This document shows positions 12,126 through 25,118 of a stretch of DNA of 64,000 nucleotides, piece by piece. Below the pieces are notes generated by a model. It was given only the letters and a program-made list of their open reading frames with translations. It did no database searches and was not told the DNA's origin. The translations under genes were made by a program, and so were the position numbers. The DNA comes from Lama glama. Its lineage: Eukaryota. Position 1 is the first letter of the stretch. Each line of letters starts with the position of its first letter. Where the stretch lies: the NCBI GenBank assembly GCA_028534125.1, contig CM052816.1, forward strand, positions 93,932,001 through 93,996,000, read 5' to 3'.

Positions 12126-15107
12126 ATCATGCTCTGTATCGTAACATTAGTTTGATGTTAGTGAGTCCATATATGTGCAAAATTACTAGTGAGTAAGTCT
12201 GGTCTAATACACCTTAAATTTTCTCATATTCAGTATTATTTTATTTACATGTTTATAGTATATATGCAAATGCATACAAATGAATAAGATTTATGGAAAT
12301 AATTCACTAATTGATGAAATTGTTATTTTAAAAATATTATAGTAAATACTATCAAATACTTCTTTAGTGATTTACTTGCCTGCTGCAATTCCCTGAATAT
12401 AACATATTATGCTATAAACCATTAAGGTACGGAGACACTAGCACACCTCTCTCTCTCACAAACACACATACAAACTCACACACTCACACAGCAAACATTA
12501 TGAAGATGTGCAAAAGCTCATTTTGCCAGTATATGCTACTAGTGCATTCTTTAATCATATATGCAAACTTGTATTTTATCAAGGTAAGTTAAAATGCTAA
12601 GACCCACCTACTGTAAGTGTTTTTTACCATTTTAATAAGCTATTTGAAAAGATTACATCCATCATCACTGTCTGGTGCTATAATATTTAAGATGTTTGAG
12701 GGAAAATACTCAGCACAACAGAGAATTAGGCAAACATACAACAGCATGGCGGATGCACTGTACTTACAAACACTCCCCTGCGTGTGTGGCAATATGCTTT
12801 TGTTAATAGATCCTTTTCCTCTCTTTGCATTCCCTAAATTATAGTCTATTGGCTGACAGAGCACATGCTAGGTCGTGTGGGTTATTTTAAGCATAGGGAC
12901 AAGCACAAAGTTTGTAAGGAAACTGGCTTCGAGTCTAATGATTTGAAATGAAATTCCCGTCCTCCACCAGGATTTAAGCCCCTTATATTCTCTCTGTTTG
13001 GAGCTGAAAAAAACTGAGACTTCCTTCTTTGTGCCCATACAGTACATTTTTACAGCTTCTGATTTACCTCTTTGTATTTCTTAACTACAGGCTGTGCAGG
13101 AGCCCCTGAGAGAGGTAGCCTGTATTGTCCCAGAGTAAGCCTGGGCATAAGCCTGACAGGGAACAGAACTGGAAAGTCAGTGGAATGGATTTCTCTCTGT
13201 GTTTTATATTTGCTGGATATACTTCTATTGTGGGTCTTTATTTTGGGTGCCCTGTCAATTTTCTAAAAATATTTGTGTTTCTGACATATCAGCTATTTTT
13301 TTCTATATCTTATCTGTTAAATGTGTTTTTCCCACTCTACGCTGAATTTGAAACAAGTATCTGTTGCTATGTGTACCTACTCTGAATTTTAAAAATAACA
13401 AGAGTATTTAAAATAACAATGGGTTGTGTTTCCCATTAGTGTCCTTCAGTCTAACATCCCAGAGAGGCTAGAACGGTCTTTTTGGCATTGCATTTTCTTT
13501 CTGAATTGCATTTTTCAATTTCCCCGTAACCTAAAGTATCTCTAGGAGCGTTAGTCACATCAGAAGGATGGTTTGCTTTTTTCCAAAGTGATTTGACCAA
13601 TTTAAAAAATTTGAACCACTACTGCTGCAGGAAATGAAAATGACGCTTGAAGTTCAGTGCATTCTCAAGGATCTAAAAAGTTAAGGCCATTTGAGGTCAT
13701 AAATTCTCCTAAAGAAACACCTTCTAAAACAATCCGTGATACGAAAACAAGAGGAAACCCCTTTCATCACTTATTTTTGGGCAGAGACTTTTAAATCTGT
13801 AGGCGTAAGTGATATTTACTTGTTCTTTGAACTTAGGGGAAATTTCTGAAATGGTACACATGACTTGCCAAGCTATAAGTGTTTTCCTTTCCCTTCAAAG
13901 GTTACTCGTAATTGCCAAGCATGAAGAAATAAATTTCACAGCAAACAGAGCTGGTGTTCGGTGTCATTTGCGGTGGGAGCTGCTCCGCAGCAGGGACGCC
14001 CGCAGGGAAGGGGCTGCCGGGCTTGGAGCTTTATGTTCCTGGGACCACACCTCTAGGGGCAATTCCAGAAGCAGAAAGGGCGTGTTTCCATGCTTATTTC
14101 CAGACATGAGTATTATTGATTGTTGATTCCAAATTTCCACCATGTGTTCACACGTGATCCTCAAACAGCATGGTGACCTGCAAACTGAAATTTTTCTGTA
14201 ACACAGCACCAGTTCCTCTGAAAGTATCAACAGAATTCATTCATCCAAACGTGATCTGGTAGGGGAAGAGGGTCCCTGCTAAATTCAAGAATAAGCATGA
14301 GACTCCAATCTATCTACTAAACATGCATTCACGACTTTCAGAATATGTGCAGCGTGTCAGTGACTGTGTGACAAACTGTAAATACCTGCCTTAAGGTGAC
14401 AATTCCTTCAGTCAAGGAAATCATCACCTAATGAGAGAAGGACTATGATACGGAGCAATACACGTGAGCTTTGCTATTTCTCTAAAATCTTCAGGACGTC
14501 CTTATCTCGTAGGGGGAGACAGGCGAGCCTTCACTGAGAACAGAAAACATTGGATTGGAACATTGGTAACAGACATTCAAACTGACATTCTGTTTATCAG
14601 AGCCCAATTTACATATGACTTTTAAATCAATTTTTCCATCGGTTAAAGGGATTAACTGAGGGACAGCTCACACGTAGGTTTGTTGATTTTTCTTAACATG
14701 TGTGGAAAGGGTTGATTCAGATCAGAGTTAGCTGAGTAGGATAAAGGAAGAAAAAGGAGTGATTGTCCACGTGATATGAATGTGTGTATAAGAGACACAC
14801 TATGTCTACAGTACATTCTTATCTATGTAAGTTTTATTAGTGTAATAACTTCTGTCTCCTCACACCCTCTCAACATGCACATCACTAAACTCTCAAGAAA
14901 AACCAAGGGACCACAGAGTAGAAGGTAAGGGGAAACCCTCCCTTTGCACCTGTATGTTATGGGGATGCTCCGGAAGACAGTGGCGGCATCTCCATCTCTC
15001 TGCTCCAGGACACAAAGAATGGACGTGTGGAGCTCTTGCCTTGAGAGGAGGAAAGGAATAGCAAATCCGAAATATCTTTTACTCACCTCCCACACTGGGG
15101 CATAAAA

Positions 15108-15522
15108 GGTGTCTTCATCTGTACATGCTGCTGTAACAAACTACCGTAGAGCAGGCAGCCTACGCAACGAAAGTTTATTTCTCACATTTCTGGAGGCTGG
15201 GAAATCCGAGATCAAGGCACCTGTGGTTTCAGGGTCTGGTGACAACCCTCTTCCTGGTTCATAAATGACCATCTTCTCACTGTGTCCCCGTGTGACTGAA
15301 GGAGCGAGGGATCTCTCCGGGTCTCTTGTAGGGCACTAATCCCATTCATGAGGCTCCATCCTCATGCCCTCATCACCTCCCAAAGGTCCCACCTCTTAAC
15401 CTACCTCTCACATCAGGGATTTGGATTTCAATATACGAATGTGTGTGTGTGTGTATGTGTGTGTGTGTGTACACGCACACACGTGAGGGTAGGGGGTGCA
15501 CAACTAAACGTTCAGTCCAAAA
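15108..15522 (-). mobile_element. MaLR solo LTR (MLT1A-like) with an embedded (TG)n at about 15440-15470
   Basis: ctgctgtaacaaactacc...tttatttctcacatttctggaggctgggaaatccgagatcaagg...cactaatcccattcatgagg...cacctcccaaaggtcccacctc. Confidence 0.9.
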
Positions 15523-16933
15523 CTGATCATGAGAATTAGGTGGTGACAAGGTGACAAGGCTGCAGGGAGGCCAGCCTAGGCCAGCATCACATAGAGATAT
15601 GGCTTAGCAAAACATACCGTGTCAGCAGGCCGCCAATTGCAGACATTAGCCCAATAAGGAAGGAGAATGCCTAGACAGCTAACACGCTGGTCATAAGTCA
15701 GAGGACAGGAGGCAGTGGACATCCGAGGACCAGATGGTCCCTGGAATCCCCTCACACCAAGAGCAGATGAGTGACATCTTCTCTTGTCTATTAGCCATCT
15801 CGAACAGGAGCTAGTAGAAGAGGAGAGTCTGAAAGACAGAATGATTAGACATAAAGATTGGGTTAAACATGAGTAATAATAATAACAGTTTACATAACAC
15901 TATGTTGGGCATCTCTAAGAGCTTCTACACTCATAAGTTACAGTTTTAAATGTCATAAAACCCTGGATGAAAGGGTTTTTTCCCCCTTATTTCCTATGTT
16001 AAAAATGAAGCCACTGATGCACAAGAGAGTAACATAATTGACCCCAGCAGTGCTAAGGTCCAACTCAGGCACGTGTCAGACCACTGCTCGTGCTGCCTCT
16101 TCTGTGTGGCCAGACAAGAAAACAGTAGGCTTCAAACAGCATCTGAGCAACAGGCATATATGCATGTATGGTGCAGTGATAAAATAAATTTGAGAAGTGA
16201 TAGTCTAAGCAAGGTGACATTTATTTCTTTATTTCAGATATACACAGAGTTATTAAAATGCAGTTTAATTGTGACTCTGTGAACAGCATTTAGTATATAA
16301 TATTTCAGACATACTTAAAGTAAAAATCTGGTGAGTTAGATTTCTACTGGAAACACATGGAGACCTAGTGAGTTAAAGAACCTGAGACCTTTCTTTAATT
16401 CCTACAGTGAATTTTGACATAACTGGGGTGTTGGGATTCAGCTGCTTCATCCAGAGTTTATAATTTAATTTCCCTCAAAACTAAAACAATGGTCGTGTGA
16501 GGTGTGTAATTAAGCAAGAAAACATAATACATGGCCATAAAATAATTCCGAAAGGGCACAAAAAGTGGAACCTTGAGAGTATTAGATCTGTGACTTAACA
16601 CTTTGATTTTCTTCAAAAAAAAAAAAGCCTACTTCATTTATCCTCAGACCATTTTAATTCATGGTGTTTTCTTACTGAGAAATTATTTCCAAAATATGAT
16701 ATTTTTAGAATTGAAATTTTAATGAAAAAATTATCACCTATTTCTGCATGACCCTGTTTATATTTTTGATGCATTTCCTTCCCACATACTTTCCAATGCA
16801 CTTTTACAGTTTCAATCATTTCCTGAGTACAACATATGTAACACTGTGTACGTATTTCATAATATCACTAAAATACTTCGCCTTGTAAAATACGTGTCTG
16901 TTAAGAGTTTATTGAAAATATTTCATGTTCCAA

Positions 16934-17008
16934 GGGGGAGGGTATAGCTCAGTGGTAGAGCACATGCTTAGCGTGCACAAGGTCCTGGGTTCAATCCCCA
17001 GCACCTCA
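16934..17008 (+). mobile_element. tRNA-Ala(AGC)-derived SINE head (Vic-1-like), lacking the 3' tail
   Basis: GGGGGAGGGTATAGCTCAGTGGTAGAGCACATGCTTAGCGTGCACAAGGTCCTGGGTTCAATCCCCAGCACCTC; A and B boxes present; CpG-decayed relative to tRNA-Ala. Confidence 0.85.
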
Positions 17009-17684
17009 GCTCATTTACAGTCTCTCTTCTCCTTGTGCAGACACCCTAGAGGGCACATGGCATTGAATTTGTCATTGTCTAACATGGCAGTGAACTGGAT
17101 CATTGATACATTATCTGACAGGTGGCTTCTGGAGAACCAATTCGTGTCAATCAGATCCTGACTTAACGAAAAATCAACCTTTACTATCTCAAGTTCCTGA
17201 TAATTTGAGTTTGCTTGTTCTAGAACTAGTATCCATTTACTGTGATCAATACAGTACCAGTACAAATGAATACACAATTATACACTATACAACAGAAGAC
17301 AACAATGGTTGTCATTCTGGAAGCAAAATATAATTTGGTGGGAAGGGTGAGCTAAGTCCTTGCCATCAATGCTCTTTTTTAAAAATCCCTGAATGTTTTT
17401 AATTGACAGTATTTCATTGAATTTTTCTGATCTTAAAATTAAATTCTGTATAATTGTGAGATAGAAGCTTTGCATTTAGAAAAACTAAAGGTAATAAAAC
17501 AGATAAAATTATGAGAAGATGTTCAAAAGGGAAAGTAAGGAAACAAGAAGCTGAAGTTTTCAAAGGTCATATGGTAGCTGAAAAAAATATTTTCTAAATT
17601 TGTTAAATCAAGGAATACAGGTTTTATTCATTCTTCAGATAATATAAGATTAATTACTTTGTACATTTTACTATTTTAGGAAGA

Positions 17685-18035
17685 ATGAATATAGCAGTGA
17701 ACAAAACAGCTAATATCCTTGGCGCCGTTAAATTCTATTGAGAGAGACAAACATCAAACAAAGAATGAACAGCTGAAATAATGGATAAGAAGAGACACAG
17801 CGAGCTGAGCAGACTGATTCAGACTGGCTGGTTTGTGCAGGCTGATCAGGAAACGCTTTACTGAAGAAGTAACATTTGGGCAGGGACCAGAGCAAAGAGT
17901 GCAAAACAGCCATGTACATATTTTTGCAAAAAATGTTTTACAAGAAGAAATAGGAAATACAGAGGCCTGAGATGGGGGAGGCCCTCACACCTCGGGCAAG
18001 GTGAATGAGGAAGATGGTGGTAGAGGTGAGCCTGG
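17685..18035 (-). mobile_element. L2 fragment
   Basis: gaatatagcagtgaacaaaacag...gatcaggaaacgctttactgaagaagtaacatttg...agaggcctgag. Confidence 0.7.
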
Positions 18036-18094
18036 AGGAACCACCGGGGATCGGAGAACTGAGGACCTCATGGATTTGGAAACAACAGGAGAGT

Positions 18095-18551
18095 TGAAAG
18101 CCAGAGCATCCAAACGGACAACAGCCGGACTGTAAATAAAGACAGAACTTTGACCCGTGCCTGTATCAACGTCCCAGGAAACCAACCCCCTCTTCAATAA
18201 ACTGCCCTAAGTCAGGTTTGCAGGAGGTTAGACTGCTGTGTTTAGCGACCATCCAGAAAACTAAACACACCTTCTGCAACAATTAGCAAAAAATAGCCAG
18301 GATGTGTCAGCTTCCCTAAGTTTGTCCCCACTTCTAGGGAACCTGCCTCCAGCTTCCCAAAGACAACAGCCTCCAAATCAGGGCACGTCTGGAACCATCC
18401 CTGTTTTCCACTATAAACCTTTCCAACTCTTCTGCCTGCCTTTGAGTCTTTGCCAAAAAGTGAGTGACAGCGGCTGACTCCCTTGCTATAGCAAGTTCAG
18501 GATAAACAGCCTTCCCTTTTCTCACTTGATTGACCTTTGTTTATTGCCACA
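18095..18551 (+). mobile_element. ERV1-class solo LTR (5' boundary uncertain)
   Basis: TATA box (ctataaa, 18411-18417), gactcccttgctatagcaag segment, degenerate polyA signal (ggataaa), ends in CA at 18551. Confidence 0.75.
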
Positions 18552-21500
18552 AGGCATAAAGGTAAACCATATTATAACTGAAAACGGACAGGATGCCTTT
18601 TTTTTTTTTTACCAGAAATAAAACATGAACACACAAAGTAAGCAAAGAATACATAGTTCATATAAACTAAAGGCTAAATAAAATGAAGTATTAAAAACTT
18701 AAAACATAACATTAAACAAAAAGTGACCTTCGGAACGCATCCTGTGGTAATTTCCAGTATCTGAAATCTTCAGTCTGCCTAGGAATTTACAGGGATTTAT
18801 CGCTATTGACTCCTGCCTGCAGCAGCTCATCCTTAGCTATTGGAAAGTTCACATCATTTTCTGACTTTAACCTTTTCAAGAATGGCAGTTTGACCAAACC
18901 ACTGTTTAGAGCTTCTTTTGTTTGTCTAGTTTTTTTTTATCCCCCAGTAAAATACCTAGTCGTACCTGCTGAGCCTTGAAATATTTTCCTCATTTATATA
19001 GCTAAAAATATCCAACAAGTTAAAAAAAAAAAAAGCCATGGATAAACTCCTTGTCAAATTGTTCTGATAGTATCTTTTCTTTTTTTTTCTTTTTCTCTCT
19101 CTTAAAAACAGGACAAGACATATTTAAACACAAATTATTATTTAAAGTTTTGTCAGGTGCTTAAAGTAGTTGATTCCCCATCTCTGCCTCCAAACCTTGA
19201 GATGTTAGCAGCATGATGAATTTTAAATTCATTACATTTTCCTCTCTTTGAGGTCAGATATTTGCAAAAACATAGCAGAGCCCAATTCTTGCTGATATAG
19301 AAAGTCATGTCATGTTCCCTGGGAACATTCTTTCTTATCGACAAAGCAAAGCCAAACGTACATGCAAGGCTCAGAAGTGTTTCAGCCCTTACACAGTAAA
19401 AAGGTTTCTTCGCTATATTCAAGCTTTTGCTTGTCAATGAAATTTTACTGACATCTGACATTTCCACAAGCTGCCAAATCTTTCATGGTAGGCAAAATTG
19501 TTACTGATTTTCCGGAGATGATGTGATTTGACACAAACAAAGCTTCAGGGTTCCACTGATACTTCATTTTCTTAAACAAACGATCAGATCATTTCTAATG
19601 TTTGATTTTGCAAATACTACCAACCCTATGAATACTACCAGTCCTTTTAAAGGAAGTAAAAAACACAGAACAACTGCAGAAGCAAAAATAACCATGCAAC
19701 ATCTTTGAAGAGAGAACTTTATATTGAGATAAAACCAGAGAATTTCTAGCCAATCCTGCTGAGGAAAATAATTCACTCTCTCCACTTTATTTTTCACATG
19801 AAAATGGAGAAGACACATTCACTGCTTTGTGCTTCCTACACTCATAAACAACAAAAACATTCTACATTTTGACATTTTTTGTCCCATCTTAACTTGGTGT
19901 TAAATGGTAAAGAAAGTATATATAATGTTTCAAATATTTTACAACTTAAGCCAGTCCTTGTGAAAACCAGCTGCTCCTAATCATAACCGTGGGGTTCTTT
20001 ATTCCTAATTCATGAGATCCAATCTGGTGATAATATGGACATACACTGAGGCAACTCATACAGTATTTTTCCTTCAACCTGACTGCAAAGTTGGGGAGAA
20101 CCTGATACCACCAGGCCACCTTCATCAGGGGTTGAAACTACCACAGTAAAAAGACATTTCTGACTTGGTCCTTATTTATTTCTTAATTTCTCATATTCTC
20201 AGACATAAGTCACACACACACATACATACATGCAACCACCCACACGCACCCACATACACAGACACATACCCATATCTCCCCTGTGCGCCATAGAAGCAAG
20301 AAGGCTACAAACAAATACATCACAAACTACAGAAATGTCATGGTTTCTTAGCAATAGGCGCCAAGATCTAGGTGCGCCAGGGAGAAAGGAAAGGATGGTT
20401 TGCTGGGGAGCTTCAGTTTGTCTTCAGGACTAAGAACAGCCTCCAGAGCTCACCAGGAGCCTGTGAGGAAATGGAGTGGCTACCCCATCTCTTTCCAAAA
20501 CCTGACGCTGCCTGTGTTCTTTTTCAAAGTGGCTGGATTCATAAGGGGAAAGGGGGGAGGGCTTTGACTGCCATTACTTCCACCACGTTTAACGTAAAAT
20601 TAGTAATCATGTGTTTTTGAAAGTATTATTTGGCACTCGGAGTTTAGTTCTGACAGTACCAAACGCAACCATCATAGTAATAGTTCAGAAATGATTGATT
20701 GATATTGTGAAATGAGAGGACGATACTCCAGAAAGGTTCCTATGAAAAACCCTTACAGAAACTCCCAGTATAATAAGGATTTAAGCAGACACGGGGCACA
20801 ACATTTGATCCTTATTGAAATTATTTCCTGGTGGGTTTCTAGATTTTATCATCAAAGCAAATTATACTTGGCTTAGATTGTTGTAATTTTACAAGAGTTA
20901 AGTTCTATAGAATTAAATTGTGCTTAGCCTATCACTAAATAAAGTCACAAAAGTGAATAAAAACATGAGAGTATGAACTTCTCTGTTACAACACACATGT
21001 AATAATCAAAGGTCATCATTGAAGATTAAAAGAGGCACCTACTTATTGTTTTGTACAGCACCAAAATGCCTTTTAAATCTAATTAGTTATATTTTATAGA
21101 TTACATAGTAAGAATCCTAATAGTGAGTGCACTGGCAGACTCACAAGAGACAGACACACAGTAGTTTGGCTGTATTTCTTGTCAGCCTTCTTACTCAGGT
21201 TCTAAAACACCATGACGGCAGGGAGAATGTTGAGCATTTTTTTAAATCTCCTGATCGCTTCAATAGTTCTTTGCTTTTGTAGACTGAAATTGAACCTTCT
21301 GGGTGTATAAAGTTGTATCGCTTAATACTATCACCTAATGCTTTTATTTTGAAACAATAGACAACATAGCTCCCTTTCTTCAGATTCTGGAGTCAGATGA
21401 TGGATATTAATAAAGGGGGGGGGGCGGTATTAACCTTCGTTAACCAGTGTTAACTCTGCACCTATTATGATCCAGGATCAAAGGATTAACCTTTAGAAAT

Positions 21501-21564
21501 ACAGCCCTGGAAGGCGGATCACAACCTAACCCTCCCCAAATGTGCCTTGCCATGGCAGAGGTAT

Positions 21565-21890
21565 ACAAGAAGCCAAACCAAACAGACACCGTTACCTGGT
21601 GCTTGGTGTTCTCTAGAGGGGGAGACATCGTGATAGGAAGAGGGTGCTTGGGGACCTAGGGTTTAGGAGAAGCCTCTCTTAGAAGACAGCTGTTAGGCTG
21701 AGACAAATAAAAGAAAGGAAGTCATGTGAGGATAAAGCCTCACAGCAAGAGGGAACTGTCACACTGGGGGCCCAAGGTGACAAGACACTGGGTTAGACGC
21801 CAAGAGAATGGGAAGTCTAGTCCAGAAACTAGTCATCCTGGCATCATGGGACCTTCTAGGGTACAGTCATGAGTTTTGATTTTTCTTCTG
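21565..21890 (-). mobile_element. L2 fragment, degenerate
   Basis: ggagaagcctctctta...ggctgagac...agcaagagggaactgt...catgagttttgatttt. Confidence 0.5.
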
Positions 21891-23104
21891 CACTTGACAT
21901 TCAGGTTATTTTATTCTATTTATAATTTTAGGACATTTCCTAGGAAAACGCAACTAATGTTCTATGAACTGTAATTGAAACAGACTGAGTTCTTGATCAC
22001 ATTTAAGACTTCATATAATTTCATTAATCATTTAAAAAAGCATTTTTAAATATAATGTCTTCGTAATTATTAAAGCCTCTTCAAAGCCTAACTGGGCAAA
22101 TTTTAAAGTTTATTGGCAAAATAGTCCAGAGTACTTAAGTAGACCTTGTGAATTCAGTAAATTTAAATTATTACCATAAGCTCAATTTACTTGAACAATT
22201 TTTCATTTTTACATATAGGACATATTTATCTCATGTACTTCAGTGGAAAATCACAAAGGTAAAATAAGTTGCCCACTTTTAGTTTAAATTACCATTTGTG
22301 ATTCTCAAAGCTAGAATCTGTCACAAACATTTTAGACCGAAGATACTCAAATCCTTCTAGCAATTACAGAGCAGCTCTAGCCCTGTTCACGTAAGGCGTT
22401 TGCAAAGGAGAGGATGGTACGCAAGTAACTGGCGTACATCAGCTGCCGTAGCCCCTCCGCGGCGGACGTGAAGAAGGCCACGTTGGATGACAGGCGTTCC
22501 ATTTTCCTTTGAACATTTTCCAGTAACTCAGACATTTTATTTTCTTCCTTTCCTTTATTTCGCTTGGTGTGATGAACCGAACTAAATAATCTAATAAGCC
22601 ATTTGCTGTCCTTCATTTACACAATTTTCCCTTGGGTGTTATTATTGAACATGAGAATCCTAAGAGACACTCTAGTAAGTCTCCTGAATTACACCCATTC
22701 AACAGCAACAATCCAAATTCTTTTTGGTACTGTGGCTAATATTGTGATACCCTTCTGTATTAATTCATGGATGCCAAGAACCAAAAATAGGAGGAAGTGA
22801 CTGCAGCCATCGGTTCAATTGAAAAATGACTATGTCCATGTATCTTTTGGACTTTAGAACTTGTAAACCCAACGTATATTAACATTGACCTTTGCTTTTG
22901 GAATCTTGGTCACTCATCAAAGCCAGTAGCCAAATTAGTACTGATGATATATGGCCACCGAGAAATGACAGTTTGAATGCAGCCATGAAAGTGACATCAC
23001 GTGAAGAAACACAAAAGAAAGATCACCAGGAAATGTACAGAATCATGAAAAATATGCAATTATCTTTTTATTTAAGCTTATAGACTTGTGGGGGTTTGTA
23101 ATGC

Positions 23105-23345
23105 AGCAAAATATTCACTAAAAAAGTAACTCTTTCCAGGGAGATCCTAAGTCCAATGGCTGGTTGATATGGATGTAAAAAGCCTGGCTCCTTTTTCCCA
23201 GCTCTGGACCTCTCTGAAGGGTCATCCTGGCTTCAGAAGTCCCCGTGAGTTCAATGGACATCCGTGTAGCAAAGCATTCCAGCTTGCTTTCTCCCAGTGC
23301 CTGTCCTGCTTCCTCAATCCCTAATAGGTATTGCTCGTGGGAGAT
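23105..23345 (+). mobile_element. ERVL LTR fragment (LTR16-like)
   Basis: ctctgaagggtcatcctggcttcagaagtccccgtg...ttctcccagtgcctgtcctgcttcctc. Confidence 0.65.
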
Positions 23346-23889
23346 CCTCCATTTCTTCTCAACACGTGCCTTACTGAGTATTTATTTGTCTTGCAACGCT
23401 GCAACACTTACAATTGTCCTTGTCATCAGTCTTCAGCCATGTGTGCCCCGTGGCTGTATCTGCCATAAATGTAGCCTGCTGGAGGTCTACCTGTGTTTTG
23501 AGTTAAAAATTGAAAGCTTTCTCTCACCATTGCTTTTCAGTATACCCTCCAGTGCAAGCAACAACTGTCAGTTTACAACACAGTCATCAACCTTCTCACC
23601 ACAGCCACGAGTGTCAGCTACACCTGTCTCCCAATGCCTGCCCTTCACGTGCACTCCATCCCTGGCACCATTAGTGATAATGGAGTAATTTTGACCCAAC
23701 ACTCTATGACACATTTATTAATTCCCAGTGTCTTTCAGCATGGAGGCGCTCTGCAGATTTATTAAATAAACATCCCTAACCCATAATCTAATTGAGTTTT
23801 CTCCTTAGGGCCATTCTAGTACCAATAGCCGTATTAATTTTGGTATGTATGTATGTGTCTATCTGTCTTTCTATCTCTCTCTCTCTCTC

Positions 23890-24310
23890 TCCTACCAGAT
23901 GGCACATCTGAAAAAGCAATTTAAAAAATTAATAAAGGGATTGTTGATAAAATATAGGCAAGATCAAGGAAATTAAGAGGGAATGATACAGCTTTCAGAA
24001 ACTAGCAGAATAGGGAGTCATTGAGAGCCCTAGGCCTGCTGTTGATTACAGAGAGAGCTATGCTATTAGAAACCACTTATTCTTTTAACTCTGCAGCCTA
24101 GACCATCCGTGGAGAAACACAGGAACTTCCAAACCACAGACAAGGGAGGAAAAAGCAAGGAGTTATTCCCTGATGATTTTCTCTTCTTACTTTTTTATCT
24201 CATGTTAGTGCCTCTTCGGCACTGCTCCACTGGACAGTCTGGAGAGGTCATTCCCCCAGGGCAGACAGGATGGTAGAGAAGGTCCTATAAGGTGGCGAAT
24301 GGATCTGGAA
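23890..24310. mobile_element. Ancient LTR fragment, family uncertain
   Basis: gatggcacat...ttaataaagggattgttga...actagcagaatagggagtcatt...cctaggcctg resembles old mammalian LTRs. Confidence 0.4.
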
Positions 24311-24710
24311 AGACATCAGATATCCAAATCATAGGCCCTGCCATGTTCCCATCTTAAGGTTTTTGTGAACCATCTTTTCCCTCAGTCACAGTCATCTTTG
24401 TTTTAACTTCCTCACTGATACAGACTTTGGTTTGATTACTTTCTTCTCATCCTGTGCTCCTGCCTCCATCTTTCCTTTCTAGTCTCTGCTGTCTTTCCTT
24501 CTTACCCCTCTTATTTCTACTCTCTTTCAAAACATACTCAGTGTACCAACTTGGCTGTTATATGACCAAAGCATGGTTCTAAACACAAAGGTAGCTGATC
24601 AACTGTGATATGGTTGCCCATAATTACACTGAAATTTTAAAACCATAATTACTATTTTATGAGCACTATTCTGTTCTACTTACCCTATTTCTTGACGTTT
24701 ACAGAAGAGG

Positions 24711-25116
24711 TCATTTGCAAACATCTTCTCCCATTCAGTAGGTCTCTTTTCGTTTTGCTGATGGTTTCCTTTGCTGGTAAAAGCTTTTAAGTTTAAATAG
24801 GTCCCACTTGTTTGCTTTTTGTTTTTGTTTCCCTTGCCTTAGGAGACCGATCCAAAAAAATTTGCTAAAATTTATGTCAAAGAATGCACTGCCTATGTTT
24901 TATGGTTTCTGGTCTTACATTTAGGTCTTTATTCATTTTGAATTTATTTTGGTGTATGGTGTTAGTGAATGTTCTAATTTCATTTTGTATGCAGCTGTCC
25001 AGTTTTTCTACCAACATTTATTAAAGAGGCTCTCTTTTCCTTATTGTATATTCTTGCCCTCTTTGTCATAGATCGATTGATCATATGTGTGTGGGTTTAT
25101 TTCTAAGCTTTCTATT
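24711..25116 (-). mobile_element. L1 ORF2 segment, the inverted 5' part of a twin-primed L1
   Basis: Antisense ORF2: atttgcaaacatcttctcccattc...aagcttttaagtttaaataggtcccacttg...cttacatttaggtcttt. Confidence 0.92.
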
Positions 25117-25118
25117 GT

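Noticed and set aside
15074..15090. Isolated minus-strand donor (GAG|GTGAGT), with similar sites near 57430 and 60048
   Set aside because: No matching acceptors or ORFs; expected by chance in 64 kb.
16934..17008. Functional tRNA-Ala(AGC) gene
   Set aside because: Altered 5' end, mismatches in the acceptor and anticodon stems, CpG-to-CpA decay, no T4 terminator directly downstream, and a tailed relative at 47371 all indicate a SINE.
23245..23688. 147-aa ORF
   Set aside because: Starts in an LTR16-like fragment with a GTG start; no splice or homology support.
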